NCBI GenBank assembly: GCA_964520795.1
Contig: CAZFQC010000002.1
Span: 5,069-69,068, forward strand
Origin: an uncultured Brevundimonas sp.
GTDB lineage: Bacteria > Pseudomonadota > Alphaproteobacteria > Caulobacterales > Caulobacteraceae
Length of the DNA stretch: 64,000 nt
Direction of reading: 5' to 3'
Positions 10,423-19,409 of this stretch are shown piece by piece. The translations under genes and the position numbers were made by a program. Every line of letters starts with the position of its first letter. The first letter of the stretch is position 1. The notes beneath the pieces are model-generated. The model saw only the letters and a program-made list of their open reading frames with translations. It had not been told where the DNA came from and ran no database searches.

Positions 10423-11199
10423 TCAGGTCTCCGATTGAAGGTTGGAAAGGGCGCCTGTGCCCAGGAGCACGGCGAACATGGCGGCGAGGTCCAGTCGCGG
10501 GTCGATGGCGAAGGCGGCCTGCGCGGCCTCGCCGAGCGTCTGGCCGCGTTGACAGGCGCGCAGGAAGGACCATTCCTCCCTGGACAGTCGGCGCCAGGTC
10601 ACGACCTGCGCGTGACGCACGATCAGCAGGCCTTCGGGCTGTGCCTCCCAGACCACGCTGGCGGCGTCGAAAGCCTCGGCGCGGTTCGCGATCCAGATCG
10701 ACGGTACGGTCCAGTCGAACCAGAACAGTCGGGCGGACGGATGTAGACTGGCGCGACTGGAGAACAGGCGAGCCGGCGAGGTCTCGGTCGCGACCCGGCC
10801 AGAGAGGACCGGCGCATCGGGCGCCCGATGGGCCTGGCTCCAGGCCTGGTCCAGCCGCGCCACCGGCGCCAGGTAGGGCAGGTCGAGCGCCGGTGGAAAG
10901 GTCTCAAGCCAGGTCGGAAAATCGGCCCCGAAGAGGTCCAGTACAGGCGACGAGGGCGGCGCCTCGCGGGCGAATATCAGGCCGGCCTGTGTGAACCAGT
11001 CCGGTCCGACGAGCCGCTCGACCGTCGGGTAGAGGCCTGCGAGGGCGTCAACTCGGGCCTTGGCGACGGTGTTTCGATAGACATCCAGCCCGGCGTGATC
11101 GCCGGCGTCGGAATCGAGCCAGGGGCCCAGGGCGCCTTCGGCTCCCGCCAGCAAGGCGGTGAAGGCGGCCTCGAAACCGTCGCTGCCGGACTCATCCAT
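10423..11199 (-). CDS. bufC1: MNIO partner protein (DUF2063/BufC)
   Basis: VYRNTV..YPTVERLVG..YLAPVARLD. Confidence 0.9.
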   Translation of the reverse strand: MDESGSDGFEAAFTALLAGAEGALGPWLDSDAGDHAGLDVYRNTVAKARVDALAGLYPTVERLVGPDWFTQAGLIFAREAPPSSPVLDLFGADFPTWLETFPPALDLPYLAPVARLDQAWSQAHRAPDAPVLSGRVATETSPARLFSSRASLHPSARLFWFDWTVPSIWIANRAEAFDAASVVWEAQPEGLLIVRHAQVVTWRRLSREEWSFLRACQRGQTLGEAAQAAFAIDPRLDLAAMFAVLLGTGALSNLQSET

Positions 11200-12085
11200 G
11201 CGCCCGGTTCCGTTCCTGGCCCATCAAGGTGACCGCACGGTCGCGTTCCGCCATCAGCGCTTCGAAAGAGGGCAGGTTGCCGTCCCGCTCGATCAAGGTC
11301 GGGCGAGGCCCGATGCGTTCGAGGGTGTAGCTGTAGAGGTCCCAGACAACGTCAGCGATCGGTGCGTCATGGGTATCGATCAGCAGGGCCGGCCCCAGGC
11401 GTTCATCGACGGCGTGGCCGGCCAGATGGATCTCGCCGATGGCCCGCGCCGGCAGGGCGTCGATATAGCCGCGGGCATCGCCGCCCAGATTATTGGCGGT
11501 GACGTGGACGTTATTCACGTCGAGCAGAAGGCCGCAGCCCGTCACGGCGGCGAGTTCGGCGAGGAAATCCGCCTCGTCCATCTCGTGGCCTTTGAGGGCG
11601 ACGTACAGCGACGGATTTTCGATCAGGATGGATCGGCCGAGGGCTTCCTGGGTGCGGGAGATATTGTCCGCGATCCGGGCCAGCCTTTGGCGGGTTCGGG
11701 GAAATGGCAGGAGGTCGGGGTGATAGACGGCGCCATGGCGTGACCAGGCCAGATGCTCCGACACCAGGAAGGGCTCGTAGCGATCGATCAGCGCCCTGAG
11801 GCGGACGAGATGTTCCACATCGGGCGAGGCGTCGCTCGCCAGTGAAAGTCCGACCCCGTGCAGTGAGAGCGGCTTCTCGTGGCGGATGGCCTCAAGCCAG
11901 GCGAGGCGGGGACCGCCCGACACCATGTAGTTTTCGGCATGAACCTCAAACCAGAGTCCGGTCGCCGAGCACGCCAGAGCGTCCTCATAGTGCTGGGCCT
12001 TGAGCCCCAGCCCGACCGTGGGCTCGCCGCCGCGCGAGGGCGGGTACGAGCGCGATCGGGTTTCGGCGACCGGTTGGGAGGTCAT
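11192..12085 (-). CDS. bufB1: MNIO (DUF692) RiPP maturase
   Basis: GLGLK, EVHAENY, HGVGLSL, SEHLAW, LLLDVNN, IHLAGH, DTHD, ERD. Confidence 0.95.
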   Translation of the reverse strand: MTSQPVAETRSRSYPPSRGGEPTVGLGLKAQHYEDALACSATGLWFEVHAENYMVSGGPRLAWLEAIRHEKPLSLHGVGLSLASDASPDVEHLVRLRALIDRYEPFLVSEHLAWSRHGAVYHPDLLPFPRTRQRLARIADNISRTQEALGRSILIENPSLYVALKGHEMDEADFLAELAAVTGCGLLLDVNNVHVTANNLGGDARGYIDALPARAIGEIHLAGHAVDERLGPALLIDTHDAPIADVVWDLYSYTLERIGPRPTLIERDGNLPSFEALMAERDRAVTLMGQERNRAHG

Positions 12086-12098
12086 GGGCAGTCTGGAC

Positions 12099-12389
12099 TC
12101 AGCGGTTCACGGGCGCGAGCGAACCGGCGCCCTTGGGCGTCTGGATCGTGACGCAGGTGCCGGTGGGGACCAGCTTCCAGGCGTTGCCCTGGTAGTCGCG
12201 CGTCGAGGTGCCGGCGCAGGTCGTGCCCGGGCCGGCGGCGCAGTCGTTCTTGCCGGCGAGGGCGACGCCGTAGCATTTCTCCATCGCCGGAGCGGCGGCG
12301 CGGCCGTTGCTCTGCGCATGGGCCATGCCGGCGCCGGCGACGAGGGCCAGGGCGGTCGCGCCGGCGATGGTCATCTGGGTGCGGGTCAT
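12099..12389 (-). CDS. bufA1: Bufferin precursor (DUF2282/BufA1)
   Basis: Signal peptide followed by [35 protein letters not shown]. Confidence 0.93.
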   Translation of the reverse strand: MTRTQMTIAGATALALVAGAGMAHAQSNGRAAAPAMEKCYGVALAGKNDCAAGPGTTCAGTSTRDYQGNAWKLVPTGTCVTIQTPKGAGSLAPVNR

Positions 12390-12436
12390 TGGGGGGATCC
12401 TTGAAGTTGCTGTCCGATCAGCCGGACGCCCCTTCA

Positions 12437-12461
12437 TTCGTGCTCCCGGCGATACGGTTAC
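12437..12461 (-). promoter_or_regulatory. SigF-type promoter for the bufA1 operon
   Basis: ttcg 12437 - N16 - gttac 12457. Confidence 0.85.
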
Positions 12462-12505
12462 AGCATCGCTTTCCGACCGGCCCATGAATCGAATTGATCC
12501 CGCCT

Positions 12506-12530
12506 GTAACCATCGCGGCGGTCATTCGAA
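12506..12530 (+). promoter_or_regulatory. SigF-type promoter for the second nrsF
   Basis: gtaac 12506 - N16 - cgaa 12527. Confidence 0.8.
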
Positions 12531-12540
12531 TGCGGCTTCA

Positions 12541-13215
12541 GTGCAGTTCTCTCCGGGAGTTCCCGTCATCACCCGCAAGACCGAAGATCTCATCGACGCC
12601 CTGGTCATGGATCTCCGCCCCTGTTCGGCGGAGTGTCTGGACCGTCGCCTTGCCCTCGGCGCAGGTCTCGCCGGCCTTGCAGCGACAGTCTGTGTGGTCG
12701 TCGGGCTGGCGGCCCGGCCGGATCTGGCCCAGGCGGTGGAGGGCGCGACGTTCTGGGCCAAGGCGGCCTATACATCATTGCTCGCGGCCTCCGGGGCCTG
12801 GCTTCTCATGCGCCTCGGAAGACCCGGCCGGACGGCCGTGGGACCCGCGCTGGCGTTGGCCGCCGTCCTGCTGATCGCCGGCCTTGCGGCGACAGGGGAA
12901 CTGATCCGGACGCCGCCGCAGGACCGGCTGCAGGTCCTGATGGGCGGCTCGGCCAGTGTTTGCCCGGGTTATATTTTTGGCCTCGCCGGCATCGGAGCCA
13001 TGGCCCTGATTGGGCCTGCCCGGCGCTACGCCCCGACCCGGCCGAGGGTCGCCGGCGCCGCTTTCGGACTGATGGCGGGAGGCATCGCCGGGACGGCCTA
13101 CGGTCTGCATTGCCCCGAGTGGAGCGCGGCTTTCGTCGTCGTCTGGTACTCGCTCGGCATCGCGTTGGCGTGCCTGGTCGGTTGGGCGGCGGGACGGCGA
13201 CTGTTCTGGGGCTAA
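12541..13215 (+). CDS. Second NrsF/DUF1109 paralog (start uncertain)
   Basis: KTEDLIDAL.., ARPDL, YGLHCPE, WYSLG. Confidence 0.85.
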   Translation: MQFSPGVPVITRKTEDLIDALVMDLRPCSAECLDRRLALGAGLAGLAATVCVVVGLAARPDLAQAVEGATFWAKAAYTSLLAASGAWLLMRLGRPGRTAVGPALALAAVLLIAGLAATGELIRTPPQDRLQVLMGGSASVCPGYIFGLAGIGAMALIGPARRYAPTRPRVAGAAFGLMAGGIAGTAYGLHCPEWSAAFVVVWYSLGIALACLVGWAAGRRLFWG

Positions 13216-13359
13216 GGCGGCCGCAGGGATGGATGGGACGGGACCGATGCGCGGTCAAAGCTGCGAATGCCGTCCCGGTATTGAACGGACGTTCCAAACT
13301 CTCTACATGGGCGTCTGTCGAGCGCCGCTGGGGCGTGGAGTATTGATGGACTACCGGAC

Positions 13360-14217
13360 GTGTTGAACAGAAGGCCCGGCTCCCCCTTTGCCGAGGGGCA
13401 CCGCTATCGATACGACCATCCGCGCCTGTTCCCGGATGTGATCAATGACATGGTTATGGGCGAGGACGACCTCGAACCAGGGGACGGTCTGCGACCACCG
13501 GCGCTCACCCTGCTGGACGGAACTCGCATCGACAGCTGGCACTCGGCTGACGGGCACCCGACGCTGATCATCTTCGGGTCGCGGACCTGCCCGGTCACAA
13601 TAAGCGCGGCCCCTTCACTGGTGCGCTTGCATGGTCAGTTCGGACCCCACGTCCGGTTTCTGTTGGTTTATGTGCGCGAGGCGCACCCGGGGGCTTCCAT
13701 TCCTCAGCCCCGCACCCTTGACGACAAACTGCGCCACGCCGCGGCTCTGAAGGCCGAGCTTGCCTTGCCGTTTGAGGTCGCCGTCGATGACATTGACGGC
13801 GGGCTTCATCGCCTGCTGGGGGCGCGTCCGAACAGCGCCTACATCGTCGACCGGGACGGCGTCATTCTGTTCCGCGCGCAATGGGCGAATGTCGACAAAC
13901 CCCTGGAGCGGGCGCTCGCTGCGTTGGCGGAGGGGCGGCCGATCCGATTCCGGGAAGCGACTTCGACGATGACGGCCGTGGCCCGGATGATCGGCTTCAT
14001 GGCTCCGGTCCATTCGGCGGCCGGAAAGGGTGCGCGGCGTGACACATGGAAGGTGATGCCACCGCTCGGGCTGATGATGCTGATCTCGGGCGCGTTCTTC
14101 TTCCTGCCGCGGCCGGCGCGCGGAGGTCCGACCATCGTGCTGACCATGGCCTTGATGGCGGGGGCGGCCGTCGCCGCAGTTCGCCTTGCAGGGGAGATTC
14201 AGATCGTCCTCTTCTGA
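13360..14217 (+). CDS. Iodothyronine-deiodinase-like thioredoxin-fold protein with C-terminal TM segments
   Basis: IFGSRTCP, VYVREAHP and GARPNSAYIV match deiodinase-family motifs, with Cys in place of Sec. Confidence 0.72.
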   Translation: MLNRRPGSPFAEGHRYRYDHPRLFPDVINDMVMGEDDLEPGDGLRPPALTLLDGTRIDSWHSADGHPTLIIFGSRTCPVTISAAPSLVRLHGQFGPHVRFLLVYVREAHPGASIPQPRTLDDKLRHAAALKAELALPFEVAVDDIDGGLHRLLGARPNSAYIVDRDGVILFRAQWANVDKPLERALAALAEGRPIRFREATSTMTAVARMIGFMAPVHSAAGKGARRDTWKVMPPLGLMMLISGAFFFLPRPARGGPTIVLTMALMAGAAVAAVRLAGEIQIVLF

Positions 14218-14490
14218 TCTCTCGGGATAAGAAAAATGCCTCCATTGTCTTGAACGGACATTCTACATTCCTATTTTTACGCCGAGGATGGAGATTGAGG
14301 AATTTCTGATAGATCCTGGCTGGACGGGTGGCCGATGAAATCCGGTTCGACCTGGATGCAGCAACGACCGCAGGCGACCTCTTGGCCAGCGTGATTTGAT
14401 CCGGAGTCGGCCTGAGAAGCCGCTGCTCAGGTCCGTAGTATCCGAGGCTCTCTGGTCTCTCAGGTAGCGGCCCATTTTTTTGATCTAGTT

Positions 14491-14506
14491 TGGAACGTAC
14501 GTTCCA
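14491..14506. promoter_or_regulatory. Perfect palindrome TGGAACGTACGTTCCA (TetR-like operator)
   Basis: Upstream of the AhpD-like gene; variants at 13281-13296 and 14250-14265. Confidence 0.6.
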
Positions 14507-14543
14507 TTACGTCGCGGCTAAGCCGCTTTTGAGGAGAACCAAG

Positions 14544-15095
14544 ATGAACTTCCCTGTCCACACGGTCGAGACGGCGCCCGCCGCCGCGAGGCCCACGCTT
14601 GAGGCGGCCCTGAAGGGCTACGGCTTCCTGCCGAACCTGCTCGGCATGATGGCCACGGCGCCCGCTTTGCTTGCCGCCTACACCACGCTCGCCAAGATCT
14701 ATGACGAGACGTCGCTGACGCCGGCCGAGCGTCAGGTCGTCCTGCTCACGGCCAGCTTCGAGAACACCTGCGCCTACTGCATGGCCGCCCATTCGACGAT
14801 CGCGGCGATGCAGGGCGTGCCCGCCGATGTCGTGGACGCCCTGCGCAAGGGCGGCCCGCTGCCGGATCAACGCCTGGAAGCCCTGCGTCAGTTCACCGCC
14901 GCGGTCGTCGTCACTCGCGGTTCGCCATCGGAGATCGATGTGCAGGCCTTCCTTATGGCCGGATTCGGTTCGCAGCAGATCCTCGAGGTCATCCTCGGCG
15001 TCGGCCTCAAGACGCTGTCGAACTACGCCAATCACTTCGCTGACACGCCTGTCGATGCGGCGTTCAGCTCCGCTGCGTGGATTGATCCCCGCTAA
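14544..15095 (+). CDS. Carboxymuconolactone decarboxylase/AhpD-like protein
   Basis: GFLPNL, ENTCAYCMAAH (CxxC..H), KTLSNYANH. Confidence 0.9.
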   Translation: MNFPVHTVETAPAAARPTLEAALKGYGFLPNLLGMMATAPALLAAYTTLAKIYDETSLTPAERQVVLLTASFENTCAYCMAAHSTIAAMQGVPADVVDALRKGGPLPDQRLEALRQFTAAVVVTRGSPSEIDVQAFLMAGFGSQQILEVILGVGLKTLSNYANHFADTPVDAAFSSAAWIDPR

Positions 15096-15121
15096 CACCT
15101 GTCAACAGAAGGAAACATCTC

Positions 15122-15343
15122 ATGCCACTCGTCCAGATCACTGGCGTCGGAGGATATCTGTCCCTCGAACAGAAACAGGACCTGATCAGCAAGGTCACCG
15201 AGGCCGTCTTGTCCGTTGAGGGCGAGGCCCTGCGGTCGGTCACCTGGGTCACCATTCAGGACGTCCAGCCGGGCGCCTGGGGGGTCGGAGGCCAGCCAGT
15301 CACCGACGACGACCTGCGCGCCATGGCCGCCTCCGCAAGCTGA
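15122..15343 (+). CDS. 4-oxalocrotonate tautomerase family protein
   Basis: N-terminal Pro (MPLVQI), WGVGG. Confidence 0.88.
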   Translation: MPLVQITGVGGYLSLEQKQDLISKVTEAVLSVEGEALRSVTWVTIQDVQPGAWGVGGQPVTDDDLRAMAASAS

Positions 15344-15403
15344 CCCTGATCCGCGGCTCTCTCCGATCGGAGAGAGCCGCACCTCAAAAAAAAGGAACGC
15401 AAT

Positions 15404-16228
15404 ATGATCCAGTACATCCCCAGGCGCGGCGCCGGACGATCGCCGCTTCTCAATCTCTTCACGCTTTCGCTGGCCGCTCTCGCGGTCATGTTCGTGCTCG
15501 GAGTGGCCGCGTCGGCCCGCGCCCAGGATCTGAGCCGCTATGCGGATCCGGTCGAGCCGGCCCTGCCTCAGACGACGATGCAGGTCTCCCGAGCGGACAC
15601 GGCCCTGGTCATCACCGACCCCCTGATCGACTTCCTGTCGCCCGAGGGCGTTGCCTGGCCTGTGGTCGGCGCGAGCGTCCAGGAACTGGGCGTCGTCGAC
15701 AATCTGGAGCGGTTGCTCAAGACTGCCAAGGCCAGCGAGATGGAGGTCTTCATCTCGCCGCACGCCTACTATCCCACCGATCACGGCTGGCGCTTTGAGG
15801 GCCCGCTTGAGCGGCTGATGCATGCGATCGGCATGTTCGACCGGCGGGGTCCCTACACCCTTGAAGGGTTCGAAGGTTCGGGCGCTGACTTCATGCCCCA
15901 GTACAAGCCCTACATCCTCGACGGGCGCACCGTGATCACCAGCCCGCACAAGGTCTATGGTCCCGAGACAAACGATCTGGTCCTGCAACTCCGCAAACGC
16001 GGCATCTCCAGGGTCATTCTGGCCGGTATGTCCGCCAATCTGTGCACCCAGGCCCACCTCTATGAACTGCTGGAGCAGGGTTTCGAGGTCGTGGTGGTAC
16101 GCGATGCGACTGCCGCCGCACGCCTGCCAGAGGGCGACGGCTACCAGGCCGCGCTCACAAACTTCCGCTATGTCGCCAACGATCTGTGGACCACCGAGGA
16201 AGCGGTGGCCCGTATGACGGCCAGCTGA
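15404..16228 (+). CDS. Cysteine hydrolase (isochorismatase family), probably exported
   Basis: ALVITDP, HKVYG, LAGMSANLC, VRDATA; signal peptide. Confidence 0.88.
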   Translation: MIQYIPRRGAGRSPLLNLFTLSLAALAVMFVLGVAASARAQDLSRYADPVEPALPQTTMQVSRADTALVITDPLIDFLSPEGVAWPVVGASVQELGVVDNLERLLKTAKASEMEVFISPHAYYPTDHGWRFEGPLERLMHAIGMFDRRGPYTLEGFEGSGADFMPQYKPYILDGRTVITSPHKVYGPETNDLVLQLRKRGISRVILAGMSANLCTQAHLYELLEQGFEVVVVRDATAAARLPEGDGYQAALTNFRYVANDLWTTEEAVARMTAS

Positions 16229-16234
16229 CGGACT

Positions 16235-16270
16235 GCGCCGGCCTTCTCCTCAACGGGGAAGCGCCGGCGC
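16235..16270 (+). terminator. Hairpin after the cysteine hydrolase gene
   Basis: gcgccgg.cttc..gaagcgccggcgc inverted repeat. Confidence 0.5.
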
Positions 16271-16800
16271 GCCATTTCCCATCCTGGCAGGATCAGCGTT
16301 GACAAGCGGGGGAGGGCTTCGCCTGTCCGGGATGCTCGATCGGATTCGGTCCCTGACCTGGAAGCCTGGGGCCATTGTCGTCCTGGCACGAGACCTTCCT
16401 GATCGCGACCTGGGAAGCCAGGCGCTCCCCCGCCAGCTGATAGAGGTCTGGTTCCCTTGCGTTCACGAGACGGATGCCTGACCAACGGGACGCGCGACAA
16501 CGTTTGGACACGCAGGCTGATCGACTCCATCCAGCCCATCGTTTTGCATGGCGGTTGAAGGGCTGACCGGAGCGAATTCCTTTGCCGCTGTTCGGCGCCG
16601 CAGCGCGGGGGTCCAGCCTGGCTGAAGGTCCGTTTCGAGACCGTTGTCTGATGTCCGCTGTCGGCGCAATCCTGCCGGCGTTCAGTCGTCCCACTGGTGT
16701 TAATCGGCCCCACGGGGAGGGGGCTCAGGGTCCCGTGGACAAATCGCTTCATATGCATCCGAAAGCGGGCCCCCGATCCTCCTGATGGGGGGAGACCTTG

Positions 16801-17520
16801 ATGATCACGACCGTCCTGTCCGAAAGCCGCACCCACCGCCGGGTCCTGACTCACTACGCGCCCGGCGAGGAATGTCGGCCGCATCGGCACGCCGACGGCC
16901 AGACCTCCCTGTTGCTCGCGGGAAGCTACGTCGAGGACAGCCTCGAGGGCGTCCGTGCGGTCGCTGGACCGAGTCTGAGCTGCAAGTCCTCCGGCTTCGA
17001 ACATCAGAACCGCTTCGGAGACCAGGGGGCCTTGATCCTCTCGGTGCACGACAAGAGGCGAAGGGGCGCCGTCCTCGACTACTCGGTCTCGGCCCTCGAG
17101 ACGCGGCTCGCCGGCGTGCGTCTGCTCGCTCGGGCCGCCGCCGGGGAGGCCCCGGCGATGGTTCGGGAGGGCGGACCAAGCGGAGCCTTGGAGGCCGAGC
17201 CGGTCCATCCCGCCTTGCGCGAGGCCCGACGCAGGCTGCTCGGTGAGCCGGATCTCTCCATCGCGCACTTGGCGCGATCAGTGGGCGTCCATCCGGTCCA
17301 TCTCGCGAGGCTGTTTCGCAGCGCGTTCGGGCAGCCGCCCGCCCGGATCCGCCGCGAGGTCCGCGCCGCCCGTGTGATCGACCGGATCATACGCTCAAGG
17401 GCGTCGCTCGCGGAGATCGCTGCCGCCGAAGGTTTTTCCGATCAGGCCCATATGACGAGGGCGGTCGGTCAGGTCAGCGGGTGGAGCCCCGGGGGGCTGC
17501 GTCGGCTGCTGGCGACATGA
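16801..17520 (+). CDS. AraC-family regulator
   Basis: Cupin HRH, GVHPVHLARLF, GFSDQAHMTR. Confidence 0.9.
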   Translation: MITTVLSESRTHRRVLTHYAPGEECRPHRHADGQTSLLLAGSYVEDSLEGVRAVAGPSLSCKSSGFEHQNRFGDQGALILSVHDKRRRGAVLDYSVSALETRLAGVRLLARAAAGEAPAMVREGGPSGALEAEPVHPALREARRRLLGEPDLSIAHLARSVGVHPVHLARLFRSAFGQPPARIRREVRAARVIDRIIRSRASLAEIAAAEGFSDQAHMTRAVGQVSGWSPGGLRRLLAT

Positions 17521-17600
17521 CGCAGGTGTTTCTTCCGTTCAAGACGCCCGGCCCGCTCTCATTCATCGCTGCTCCATCCTCAGTTCAAGGGCGCCCCCTC

Positions 17601-19157
17601 ATGAAGCCTTCCCATGCCTTCGCGGCCATTCTGTCGCTCGCCCTGCTCTGGGCCCCGGCGCTCCGTGCCCAGACGACGGACGCCTCCCAGCCTGCTGACA
17701 TCGATGCCTTTGTCCGCAAGGCGATGGCGAGGATTGGCGCCGTTCCCGGGCTGTCGCTCGCGGTCGTCGATGGCGACGAGATTCTCATGACCCGCGGGTA
17801 TGGCGTCGCGGACGTTCGCACGGGCGCGCCGGTCGACGATGAAACCGGATTCTATATCGCTTCGGCCACGAAATCCTTCACCGCCTTGGGCGTCGCGGGA
17901 ATGGCCGCGCGGGGCGAGGTCTCGCTGGACGCTCCGATTTCGGCCTGGATCGCGGATCCTGAATGGTCTTCGGGCCTGGTCGGTTCAGTCTCGCTCGCCG
18001 ATCTGCTGAGCCACAGATCGGGCCTCGACAACAATCCGATGGCGTTCCGGGCAGCCTACTCCGGCGATCATTCGCCCGCCGTGATGCAGGGGCTCGCGGC
18101 CGAGACGGTGCAGCGTCCCGACACGCCCCCGGGCGTCTTCCGTTATTCGAATGCGGGGTACAACCTGGCGACCACCCTCCTTGAAGCGCGCCACGGTCGC
18201 GACTGGCGCGTCATGGTCCGGGAGGAGGTCCTGGCTCCCGCGGGCATGACGCAAACCACGGCCTGGGTCTCGGAGGCGGGGAGGGAGCGCACCCTCGCCG
18301 TTGGCCACCTTGGCGACGGATCGACGCCGAGAGTGAGCCCGCTGCAGAAGGTCGACGCCACCATGCAGTCGGCCGGCGGCCTGGTCTCGACGGCGCGCGA
18401 TATGGCGCGCTGGCTGGAACTGCAGATCAATGACGGGCTGATCGACGATCGACGGGTCTTTCCGGCGGGGTTGATCAGATCAACGCATCGGCCTCTGGTG
18501 AACCAGGACAAGTCGTTCGGAGCCTATCACCGCGACGGCTACGGCCTCGGATGGCAGGTCGGCCGCTTCGGAACAGACCTCCTGATCCATCATTTTGGCA
18601 ACTTCTCTGGCTCGCGCGCCCACGTCTCCTTCATGCCGGATCGGCGTCTCGGCGTCGCGGTGATGGTCAACGAAGACGTGGTGGCCGGTGAACTCGCGGA
18701 TGTGGTCGCCAACTATGTCTATGACCGGTTCGCGGAGCGGCCGGATCTGGAGGCTGTCTATGAGGCCGAACTGGGGACCTTGGTTGAGCGTCGGGACCGG
18801 AGGCGCGCCGGACTGGCCGCGGCGCGTGCAGAACGCGCCGCGCGACCGTGGTCGTTGGCCCGGCCGATGGAGAGCTACGTCGGGATATATGTAAACCCCG
18901 CCATGGGATCCTTGCGGATCGGCGAGGCGGAAGGACGTATGACCGTCACGATCGGCGTCCTGTGCGCCGTGGCGGAGGCCTACACCGATCCCGAGAGCGT
19001 CCGCATCGAACTGGTCCCTTTCCAGGGGGAGGTGCTGACGTTTCAGGGACCCGACGATCTGGTGTTCGAGGGGCAGACCTTTTCGCGAGTTGGGAAGCCA
19101 GGCGCGCCCCGGCCAACTGATGCGGGGCTCTTCCCCTTGCGTTCGCGAGACAGATGA
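17601..19157 (+). CDS. Serine hydrolase (beta-lactamase family) with C-terminal extension
   Basis: SATK (SxxK), LLSHRSG, YSN, HFG; signal peptide. Confidence 0.9.
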   Translation: MKPSHAFAAILSLALLWAPALRAQTTDASQPADIDAFVRKAMARIGAVPGLSLAVVDGDEILMTRGYGVADVRTGAPVDDETGFYIASATKSFTALGVAGMAARGEVSLDAPISAWIADPEWSSGLVGSVSLADLLSHRSGLDNNPMAFRAAYSGDHSPAVMQGLAAETVQRPDTPPGVFRYSNAGYNLATTLLEARHGRDWRVMVREEVLAPAGMTQTTAWVSEAGRERTLAVGHLGDGSTPRVSPLQKVDATMQSAGGLVSTARDMARWLELQINDGLIDDRRVFPAGLIRSTHRPLVNQDKSFGAYHRDGYGLGWQVGRFGTDLLIHHFGNFSGSRAHVSFMPDRRLGVAVMVNEDVVAGELADVVANYVYDRFAERPDLEAVYEAELGTLVERRDRRRAGLAAARAERAARPWSLARPMESYVGIYVNPAMGSLRIGEAEGRMTVTIGVLCAVAEAYTDPESVRIELVPFQGEVLTFQGPDDLVFEGQTFSRVGKPGAPRPTDAGLFPLRSRDR

Positions 19158-19172
19158 GGTTTCCCACCAGCC

Positions 19173-19409
19173 ATGGGGAAATATGATCCGCTCTGCGCTT
19201 ACTTGCGCCGTCAGAAGGCGGATGTGGTGGACCTCAGTTTCCGCGACATCGAGCGCAAGCTCGGTTCATTCCTGCCGAAGGCCGCCCTGGCCGAGAGCTG
19301 GTGGCGGTCTGAGGCGGGGGTTCAGTCGCAGGCCTGGCGTGACGCCGGTTTCGAGCCCACGCCCTTTCTCAAGTCAGAGCGCGTTCTCTTCACCCGCGTC
19401 CCCGGCTGA
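19173..19409 (+). CDS. Small DUF7662-like protein
   Basis: MGKYDPL..LSFRDIE..LP..A..WW..AW..AGF pattern. Confidence 0.65.
   Translation: MGKYDPLCAYLRRQKADVVDLSFRDIERKLGSFLPKAALAESWWRSEAGVQSQAWRDAGFEPTPFLKSERVLFTRVPG

Noticed and set aside
13360-14217. Selenoprotein deiodinase
   Set aside because: The active-site codon is TGC (Cys) and there is no in-frame TGA.
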